IMG/VR virus record: IMGVR_UViG_3300042868_005761
Location: 112,232-176,231 of that record
DNA from: a virus
Direction: 5' to 3' (one strand)
Length of the DNA stretch: 64,000 nucleotides
Below the pieces are notes generated by a model that saw only the letters and a list, made by a program, of their open reading frames with translations, had not been told where the DNA came from and did no database searches. Position numbers and translations under genes: made by a program. Of the stretch, positions 9,817 through 19,500 are shown one piece after another. Position 1 is the stretch's first letter; every line of letters begins with the position of its first letter.

Positions 9817-12213
9817 TTACTGCTTGCCACTTCCCTCTGACGGGATAATTCCACCAATCTTATCTCCTTCGGCTGCTGTTGGGGCTGCTGTTGGGGCTGA
9901 AAGTCTTTCTGTATCTTTCATAAGGCGAGTCTCACCAGACTCATTTGTGATGATCCAATGCTCTTTTCTTAGTTCATCTTCTAATGTTTCTATTCTTCTA
10001 GCAAGTTTCTGCGCAGCATTAATTACATCTTCAGTTACATTAATTCCAGTTTTTTGACCTGCTGCTTCTCCATATAAACCATAACCTATGTTGGCTGCAC
10101 ATAGGCTATAAAAATTAAAAAAATGATCAAAAATATCACCCATTAAATCGCTTGTTACGCGCTCGCGCCGTGCTATTTGACTTTTACCACCGTAAGGAGC
10201 CCCAGGTAAATTTTTATTAAAAATTTCTATCGCAGTAATGTCTGGGGATTCTTGTTCTAGTCCTGTGAGAGCCCTATAGTAATTATCTTTCCTGGAATAG
10301 TAGTCTTTAATTCTTTCGCCGCAGTCTGAAAATAATAGCAATTGCTCTTTACCCGCAGGCTGAAACGCACTTAACTTCAAAGAATTAGAAGCTCCAGATA
10401 GAGTAGGTGCAAGATATTTATTATAATTATTTACATAATATTCAAGAATATCATTTTCCATATCTCCTATCACTACATCCCAAGTACTCCCAAAAAACCA
10501 AACCCTATACGCAGGAGTAGTCTCAGTTTTGGGCACCATAGTTGAAGTCATTATATGACCTGCTATATAACTGGGATGACTTTTATGTAAATTATTGTTG
10601 ATATCACTTTCTCTATAAAATCTCTTACTGGTGCTAGGATCCACCACAGTTGCAAACTTGTGATTTTTAACAAAATTATAGCTCATTTGCCAACTGCTTT
10701 CTATTTCAGCATCAATCTTCCAGCGACTCTGAGGGTTCTCTCCGGTAACTGTAAGACCTAAGCTTGGACTTGTCCATTGAACTTTATTTCTAATATTTGC
10801 TGCTTTTAGAATACCGTCAGTTTGAATCCACCATTTTGATCCATTAGCACCAAGAAAATGGGAAATATACATCATCCAATAAGGAAAAACTCCATCAAAA
10901 GTACCAACAAGTTTTAGGTTTCTTTCGTTGACAGTTTCTATCCCTTTTTTATTTCTACTACCTGCACTACCTGCACTACCTGTTGTACTAAGCTCTGGAA
11001 GTATGTCTTGTTTTATTAGCTTTTTGGTTTCCGGATCTTCAGTTTGAAAGTAGCTGTTATTTATTACAGCCTGAACTTGCCCTTCAAGCAATCCTCCAAA
11101 GGTATCTATAAATGCAAGTTCATCTGGCGCAAATCGGGAATCTAAGTATCTCATAGAAGTAAAATCACTATCCATTCTTGTATCTAGATAAACAAAAGGA
11201 TAAGGATTTCTAGCATCTCTAAATTTCATTTGGTCAGGATTCTCCGGGTCAACTTCAAGAAAAGCTGACTCAACATAGTTCTTTGTTCCTCTGTTAGCCG
11301 CTTGGAATTGAGTCACAAGGAATTGATTTCTTCCCCATTCCGCCTTTTCTCGATCATATTTAGCTATATATTCAGGATTATTGATCATTAATCTTCTATA
11401 TTCATGTGCCGCAACTACATAGCGATCTCTCATAGCTGTATGGCTTTGATACTGTAAGTATCCGGTTGCTGCCGAATCATTTATGGCATAAACAGTATTA
11501 CCAGATTCTCTCTCAGCGACAGCTAATCTAAATAAAGTAGCATTAAACTTAAGAAGATAAGAATTTTCTGCTGAAAGATTATCTAATTGAAATACGTTTA
11601 AGTATCTCAAGTCAAAAGGTTTCATTCCACCACCAGGAGTACCTGGGTTAAAAGTAAGTATACTACTTGCATCAAGTTTGACACCAGGAAGAGCTTCATT
11701 GCGAGGAGGCGCTCCACTACCACTACCACTTCCAGAACCACTGCCGTCACCACTGCCGCTAGGGGCTCCCTGTCCAAAAATTCCCCCTGTCTCCGGATCA
11801 GTCCAAGCATCGGCAACTTGCCCGACATACTCAAACAGGCTCGGTAGGGATTCGTCTGAATCGTCTTCTTGATTATCACCAATGTAATCACTGGCTAATG
11901 CAGTAAGTCCGACTCCTCCTACAGCAAGAGGAACCCACAAGGGCGCGGTGGTCGCAAGCGCTCCGACACCTCCGACTGTTAAAAATGTTCCTGCTATCGT
12001 AGTTACGTCTCCCTGTCGCCATCGTTCACCGTATGCATTGCCGAACCGTGCAATCGCGTCAAAAGCGCCTTGCTGTACTGGAACGTCTTGCTGTACTGGA
12101 GCAGCAATAGTACTTCCAGGAACTACTGCAGGGGTAGGAGTAGGAGGGGCACCTGAACCTTCAGCAACACCAGAACCTTCTTCTCCTGTATATCCTCTTT
12201 GTTCTGCTGGCAT
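9817..12213 (-). CDS. Virion protein with lysozyme/lytic transglycosylase-like domain
   Basis: 798 aa; AVAERESGN...AATGYLQY (catalytic ES and GxxQ motifs) and YISHFLGANG; N-terminal hydrophobic segment and GS-rich linker; RBS AAGGA. Confidence 0.55.
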   Translation of the reverse strand: MPAEQRGYTGEEGSGVAEGSGAPPTPTPAVVPGSTIAAPVQQDVPVQQGAFDAIARFGNAYGERWRQGDVTTIAGTFLTVGGVGALATTAPLWVPLAVGGVGLTALASDYIGDNQEDDSDESLPSLFEYVGQVADAWTDPETGGIFGQGAPSGSGDGSGSGSGSGSGAPPRNEALPGVKLDASSILTFNPGTPGGGMKPFDLRYLNVFQLDNLSAENSYLLKFNATLFRLAVAERESGNTVYAINDSAATGYLQYQSHTAMRDRYVVAAHEYRRLMINNPEYIAKYDREKAEWGRNQFLVTQFQAANRGTKNYVESAFLEVDPENPDQMKFRDARNPYPFVYLDTRMDSDFTSMRYLDSRFAPDELAFIDTFGGLLEGQVQAVINNSYFQTEDPETKKLIKQDILPELSTTGSAGSAGSRNKKGIETVNERNLKLVGTFDGVFPYWMMYISHFLGANGSKWWIQTDGILKAANIRNKVQWTSPSLGLTVTGENPQSRWKIDAEIESSWQMSYNFVKNHKFATVVDPSTSKRFYRESDINNNLHKSHPSYIAGHIMTSTMVPKTETTPAYRVWFFGSTWDVVIGDMENDILEYYVNNYNKYLAPTLSGASNSLKLSAFQPAGKEQLLLFSDCGERIKDYYSRKDNYYRALTGLEQESPDITAIEIFNKNLPGAPYGGKSQIARRERVTSDLMGDIFDHFFNFYSLCAANIGYGLYGEAAGQKTGINVTEDVINAAQKLARRIETLEDELRKEHWIITNESGETRLMKDTERLSAPTAAPTAAEGDKIGGIIPSEGSGKQ

Positions 12214-12234
12214 TTTAATTCCTTATTTCTAAAA

Positions 12235-13584
12235 TTAAGGCATGTTTCCGTTTCCGTTAGGTCCGGTATTACTACCACTTGTGCTCATTGCGTGTTCTAA
12301 TTCTCTGAAGGCCGCTAATTGCTGCTTGTCATATCCATCTGCAGTAACCTGTCCGTCTTCTTGGAATCTAATCTTAAATAGTCTTGCACGATCAAGTGCT
12401 AGTTTTCTTTTAAAATAAGTTCTTATTATATCCGCGACTTCTGGATCAATTGAGATGGACTTAAATTCTTTCCACTTTAATATTATAGAATCTCCTAGAT
12501 TATGATTCTCAGACCCATAAGGGCTAATTTGAGTAAAGTCATATCTATTTAATTCATTCTCTTTATTATTATTAACAATTTTTTGTGCCCATCTTGCATG
12601 TAGCCAATCAATGTATTGTTTGTAAAGGCTACTCTCATATGCAAACTGTGTAACGTCACTCTTTAACATATAGTTCTGATCAAGACTATTAATAGAATCA
12701 ATTGTTTGATATGCAGGATTAACAACTGACAAATCACTTTCAGTTGTAGTTACTTGACTTGCACTATCGGCGCTAAGTTTAGGATTAACTGTCCACTCTT
12801 TTGATCCAAAATAATATGTAGTCTTCTCTGGGTCCAGATCTGATTCTTGCAATCTAGAAGGATACTTATTCCAGTTTGGTAACTTACTCTGTATTCCAGC
12901 GTAGTTCATATTAACATCATAGAAAGATGATCCACTCTTAGCATCCCAATTCTTTTTAAATAACCACTTATCGCTATATGGAGTATAGCCCATTGGACTT
13001 ACTGTAAGAGTAGCAACAATAGTACCCGGCTCGCCTGGGCTTGTTGAGATTGCTAAGTTATGCATGCAAAATACCATATTATGTGTATGGGGTATTTTTA
13101 GTTTTGCTCGCAAAAAAGCATTCTCAATTACTGAGAATGGAATATGTTTGAACTGGATTATTAAGTCTAGAATGCCACCGCGCTTCTGAGTATTATTAAT
13201 ATTAAAATCTTCGTTGAGTGCTCCACTCTCAGAAGTTCTATCATCAATATTAATAATTGAATTCTTACTTGGGATATTTAAGTTGATAGAGAAAATTTCA
13301 CTTGCAATACCTACTGGTACTTTTGAAGCAGAATTGCTTCTTAAGCTCTGAAATTCCGCATATGAATTTTCTTCTTGAGAACTTATTCTTTCTGGAGGCA
13401 CTTCAAAATATAAATCGTTGACCCAGAATCCATGATTAAACTTATCACCATAAGTTGAATATCCACCTGCTGAATTAGCTGCAGCTGATATATCTCCGTC
13501 AACTGTGCTGTCTAAATAGTTTTTTGCATTGTAAGCATCTGGAAGAACTGTTCCAATGCTTGGTAAATATCTTTTTGAAGCCAT
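12235..13584 (-). CDS. Putative baseplate/tail structural protein
   Basis: 449 aa; start overlaps the upstream stop (TAATG). The N-terminal LYFEVPPERIS...SLRS...KVPVG segment resembles tube-fold baseplate proteins; located in the tail module. Confidence 0.45.
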   Translation of the reverse strand: MASKRYLPSIGTVLPDAYNAKNYLDSTVDGDISAAANSAGGYSTYGDKFNHGFWVNDLYFEVPPERISSQEENSYAEFQSLRSNSASKVPVGIASEIFSINLNIPSKNSIINIDDRTSESGALNEDFNINNTQKRGGILDLIIQFKHIPFSVIENAFLRAKLKIPHTHNMVFCMHNLAISTSPGEPGTIVATLTVSPMGYTPYSDKWLFKKNWDAKSGSSFYDVNMNYAGIQSKLPNWNKYPSRLQESDLDPEKTTYYFGSKEWTVNPKLSADSASQVTTTESDLSVVNPAYQTIDSINSLDQNYMLKSDVTQFAYESSLYKQYIDWLHARWAQKIVNNNKENELNRYDFTQISPYGSENHNLGDSIILKWKEFKSISIDPEVADIIRTYFKRKLALDRARLFKIRFQEDGQVTADGYDKQQLAAFRELEHAMSTSGSNTGPNGNGNMP

Positions 13585-16500
13585 TATAGTTGTCTCTCCA
13601 AGTCTGTAGGTATATTGTAATTATGATTGATACTTACCCCAACTTGAGCTCCAGGAATTATTCCTTGAATTGATCTGGCATATTCAACTGGATTTGTCTT
13701 ATCAACAATCATTCCTCTATTTGATATCCTGACACTAGCATTGTTTAAGTAAGACTTAGCAGCAATGCTATTAGGTGCAGTCATTGTTCCTGACATCTCA
13801 GGGGAGCCTGCACTTCTTGCCATTTCTTCATCATTGGCTTGGCTATAGTTAGAATAGTTGTCACTAAGTAGATTGCCACTATTAATAAGTTGCATATCTG
13901 CATTAGTTGGGGTCATCATCATTCTACCAGGTGGAGGGGGAGGAAGATCAGTAAGTGGCTCATCATCGTATCCAGAGTTGAATAAAGCATATGCGCCAGT
14001 CATAACAGCAGCACCAACCATACCAGCTCTTGCAAACTTATTAGCAAATAGAGATTTAGATGCTTCCTTTGCATCTTTCAATTCTGCTCTTGCTAGCTGT
14101 GCAGCTGAAGTGTTTTTTGTTCTAGCGGCAGCTTTTGCTTTTTCTGATTGGTTTAATTGAGATAGACTATCTCCAAGCGCAGTGCCTCCTCTGCCAGTTA
14201 ATCCTTCCTTAAATTCAGCTACTCTTTTCTTAAATTCCTCTTGTCTTCCTTTGGGTAAGGCTGACACGGCAAAGTCTAATAGCATATCACTTCTACCAGA
14301 ATCTAATTGATGTAATGCAAAATCAGAATCTGCACTTCCTGAAAGATAAGAATTTAGTGCGTCTTCTGCTGTCATCTTCTCAGCTTTTTGTCCGCCACCT
14401 ACAAGAGATGCTCTTGCAAGAGAGAATGAGCCAAGGGCTTGATCACTATTTGTATCAATCTTGTCTGCGTCTCTAAAACCTAAGTCTTTTAGTAGAGACT
14501 TATACTGCGCAAAACCTTGCTCTACGTTTTCATTTGCAATAGCGCTATGGAAACGCTGATACAACATAGCACGTGGAGACGTAGCCATATGTTTGAAACC
14601 AACAGCTTTCTGCTCCATTGCTTGTAAGAAGTTTGTCATTTCTTCTGAAGAACTACTATCAATTCCACCAGTGCCTTTCATTACATAATTCATTCTATGC
14701 ATGGCTCTAGCAGTATTTGAAATTAAACCAACATCTTCTTGACCGGCTTGTCTTAGGAAAGCTTCTTGTTTTCTAGTAGACTTAACTCCGCCGCCTTTAA
14801 GTAAGTCTTTAAAAGACTTCTCTAGGGTAGCTTCATTGCTTTGGCTTCTTAAATCGTATTTCTTTTGACGTTCAAATTGTTGCTTTAGACTAGGTTGACT
14901 AATAAGATCACTTTGCTGTTGCCAGTAATCAGCTATATTCTTACCAGATCTATTTCTATCACCAGCACCAACCATCATTACAGCAGCGGTATCACCGTCA
15001 AAGTCTGATGAAGTCTTTCCTGTGATAAATCCACCAAGTCTTTTCCAGATCTTTGCTCCTTCAAAGTCTACTTGTTCTCCAAGAATATTAGCTGTATAAC
15101 CTCCAGTTACGTCTCTACGCTTATCGTAATAGCCCGCCATTGTAGACACAGACTCAGGACCTATCTGAGGATTTTGCCAGCCCATAACAGCGTAGTATTT
15201 GCCTTCTTCAAGAACACCTTTCTTCATTTTCTTTAGATAGTTCTTTTCACTTTTAGAGGCAGTTCTCATTGCTTCATTAAAGTGTTCTTCGATAACTCTT
15301 TTGCTCATACCAACGCCATAGCCTTGAGTTTCTTTTGCAATCTTGTCATCTAGGTTTGCAATAACCATTCCATACTCTGCTCCACGTAGTCTTCCTTCAA
15401 AGGGTGCATTAAAAGCTTCCATTCCTTTTCTTGCTCCAACTTGCATAAGTTGGCTACGTAAAGTAGAAAATACTTTTTTATCTACGTCATTTATATTTGT
15501 TTCAACACTTCTAAGTATCTCAGTAATCATTTCTTCAAGATCAGTATCTTCAACATTACGACCAGCTCTCGAATCTTTTAAAGACAATTTCTTTAAATCA
15601 TCTGCACCAGGTATATAAATCTGACCAGTTTCATGCTTTAAGAAACCACCTTTTGCTTTGATTGTTGATAGCATTTTGCGACGATCTGCCTCGCTTGTCT
15701 TTGTATCAGAGAAATCTAATACTTTATCTTTCTTTGTCAATTCACGAATTGAATTCTTTGAAAAACTACCTAGCTGTTCAACGTAACCAGGATCATGAGT
15801 CATAACTCTTTGCTGAACTGTCTCCCATACTTTCTTCATATGTCCATGTCTCTCGTTCTGAGAATCCATTAACTGATAGAAGATGTGATCAACAAAGCGT
15901 CGTTCCATTCTTGCATTATTGCCTTGAATTATAGAAGATGAATCTGCTACTCCATGCAACGAAAGATTAAACACTTGCTTTGAGTTCTTGATACCAGCAC
16001 CTAGGCTATCAACAAAGTCCTTGTCTAAGCCAAGATCTAAGAGTGCTTGAGGATCAGTCTCAATTAGATTCTCAAGACGGAACCCAGCTTCGTCAGTCCC
16101 ACCTTGCTCAAATCCGAACACGTTCCCTAGTAACTGTTCTCTTTGGGCAATTAATGTTGGATCTTCTTTGAACGCATCTTGCGCTCTTTTTAAATAGCTA
16201 ATTAATGCATTAGTGTCTTCAACTGAATAGTTTTCTTGCCCCAGTCCCTTTTTCATACCCGCATGAAAAGCTTGATAGGCTGGATTAGCAGGAGAACTAA
16301 TATCCCCAGCATAATTTCTAATATCCTTTAACCCTAAAGTAGGATTATTATCAGCATCAAATCTATTCAGTAGGAATCCTATTGCACTCTCTTGTTGAGT
16401 TCTAATTTGACGGATATTTGTTCCCTTTATAAAGTTACGACCTTCTCCTATAAAGGTTGTAAAAGGAAGAGTTCTTTCTGCTGCTACAGAGCCCATAAAG

Positions 16501-19500
16501 GCAGGATCAACTGCTCCAAAAGCTCCAGCAATTGCAGGTGCATTCCTGGCAGTAAGTATTTCATTAATCTTGCCTGTTCGCACAGAATCTCGCATTCCAT
16601 CCCAGCCGCTTCTTGCTGCATCTACATCCCAAGCATTCTGGTCTGAGAAATCTGCAATTTCACCTTTAATTGTCTTAAGAGAATCAAGAAGACTTTTTCT
16701 CTGAGCTTTTAAATCAGCTACAGGATCTATTTTGCCATACTTTGCTTCTGCAGCTTCTGTGCCTACTTGATTTGCAAGACTAGAATAAGCAAGTTTTCTA
16801 CCCTCTCTTAGCATTTTATTTACTTGCTCAAGTCGAGTTAGGTTGGCTGTTTTTTCTGCTGATAATCTTGCATCTCCTGGAGTCTGCCCCATAAGAGATT
16901 TATTGGCAACTCTCTCTCTTTTAGGGATACCTCTTCCTCCTAAGAAAGCGCCAAATTTACCATCGGCAATTGATTCTTTATTAAGGTATTCCTGAACAGT
17001 ACCAGCACTCGCTGGTTCCTCAACGGCGTCACCTGCAAAAAATGTCTCTACCCCTATTCTCTGTGAAGCATCAATGCCAAGTAATTCTTCTAGCATATTA
17101 CTTCTAGCACCTTTAACAGTACGTGAATCAACACCTAATGCGTATTTGTCTAGAGTTTTAGATAGCCCAGCTTTTGAAGACTTTCCACTTCCAGAGTATT
17201 GAGCTTCAAGACTTCTTGCTAGACTTGGCTTTTTGCCTTGCATCCAGGAAGGCATAGTCTTTCTGCCAGCCTTTGACTTCATTAAGCCTGTGCGAAAAAT
17301 ATTCTCAGCTTCGTCTAGGCTTCCCATACCTCTTCTTTCAAACTCTTGACTTAATCCTTTAACCTTATCTTGCTGACGAGCAAATCTATCAGCAATACTA
17401 TTTCTATAAACTATTGTTCCATTAGGTTTTTGATCTGGATGGCCAGCAAAGTACCTTTCCATATTTCTAAAGACTGTCTGCTCTTCTTTACTTAAAGCTG
17501 TAGCTCCAGCAGTATTAGCTGCCAAGTATCTAATAGTTCCTTCATTCTTTTGCCAAAACTTAGACTCTTCTTCTAGGTTAAAAAGAGCCTGGACTTCTCC
17601 AATTGCTTTTTCTTGGAATCTAACATTGCTTAGTTCCGCGGCAGAGAGTCTAGGTTTATTTCTTAAAAGACTTTCTCTCTCATCCATAAGGTCAAAAAGA
17701 TTGGCTTTACCGCCTGTGCTTTTTCCTTTTCCTGGCCTATTTGGGAATGCTATATCTAGCATTGGACTTTCGTCTACTTCCCATTGACTTCGCCAATCTT
17801 TTAGAATTTTATCCGTCTCTTCGGTGCGAGGACCCATCGTCTCTCGAAGCTGTTTATATCCTTCATAGGAAGTCTCAAGCGATTTATTCTTTCCTAAAGA
17901 GGCATAGGCTTGCTTGGTTTGTTGTTTGCCAAATTTTGCTTTATCTTTTGTATCTTGAGCAGCTTTGCTTATAGTGCTCTTCTGTAAATTTGCAAGAGCA
18001 TCTTGTAAAGCTTGTATCTCAGGAGCTCGTCTTGTCTGTTCTGCTTCTATTACAGACCTAGCATCTGCCTTTGACTTAGCAAAGAATTCATCTTTTTGTG
18101 AGTCTACAAAATCTAAAACTGATTGATATTCGCCTTTACTTAATTCCTGATCAAACAAAGAGCTTTCAGTACTAGTAGTAGCGCCAAAAGTTTTAGTACC
18201 TTCACCAAAGCCACTTACTCTACCAATGCTAAATGTATAGTCATCCATGCCAGGAATAACATCTAAGACAGCAAGTCTTCCTTGCCCTGGTACATTGACA
18301 GTTACATCAGTTAAGTCATCGCCTTCTACTTTCTTACCTAACCAATCTCCTTCATTTAGAAAGATAGGATTAGTTTCTAGTTCTTTTCTAATAGCAGCTT
18401 GTCTTGCTGCGGCATCACCAGTACCAGCCGCATCTGCAGCATCAATGATTCCTTTGAACTTAGAATTAAAAGAGAAAGCTTCTCTTGAAGCTGGGTCACC
18501 TTTTGTGCTTTTGTCGACGGTAAAGTGTCGACCAGGATGAATGACTCTTTCGCCTTCACTAGCCCCTACTCTAATTCTTGTGCCTTCTGGTACAGCCTGT
18601 GGATTCTCTCTCATGCTTTTTTTAGTTGTTAGCCAGCTGCCATGGACAAACCCAATCATTCCTGACTTCTCCATATCAGCAAAAGCACCTGATCCTCTAA
18701 ATGCATAAAGATCGCCTAGTGTTGCACGCAAATGACCAAGAGCTCTTTGCGAGCCTCTATTCTCTACAGTATAAGCATTAATAATATGTCGACCAGGCCT
18801 TCTTCCTATATCATTTGTAGAGTAGAATTCACCTGTGCTAGGATCAACTTCTCCAAGTGCAGCTCTGACATAGTCAGGTGTGCTAGTACTCATTACCTGC
18901 CCAGCAGCGTCTCTTTGAACTCCTCTGAAATTGTAAATATCTTTTCTTATTTGATTTGGACTTGTAAGTGGTTCGATTTCGTAACCATGGCTAATAGCTT
19001 GTTTTGAAATCTCATCAAAGTCACTTAGTCTACTAGCATCTGTACCTTCGACGTCAGCATCTGGATCCATAGGATTCATACTGCGAACAACTTTCATTTG
19101 AGCCGCTTTAAGTGATAAAGCTCTACTGGGAGTTCTTGCAGGATCTACGTATTGGAGAATCTTATATTGGTCATCAACTTCAACATCCTTGCCACCAAAT
19201 AATGTTGATCCAAGTCTTTGTCCTCGTTTAATACTTCTATCAATAAGACTCATGATCTGCCCATCAGAGCGAACACTTCTACCAGCCTTGTCTTTGCTTT
19301 CTTTGCCAAACAAGTATTCAAGTCCACTCATTATTTCGCTGCTTTGATCCTTGTTGATTTGCATAACTTTGCCAGTTGGACTGTACATGACAGACCCAGC
19401 TGCATCTCTATGGTAGACTTGGCCTCCTGTGCTTTCATCAACATAGTGAGCTAAATCCTGTACTGGAACAAGAATGCTTTCTGCGTTATCAGCATCACCT

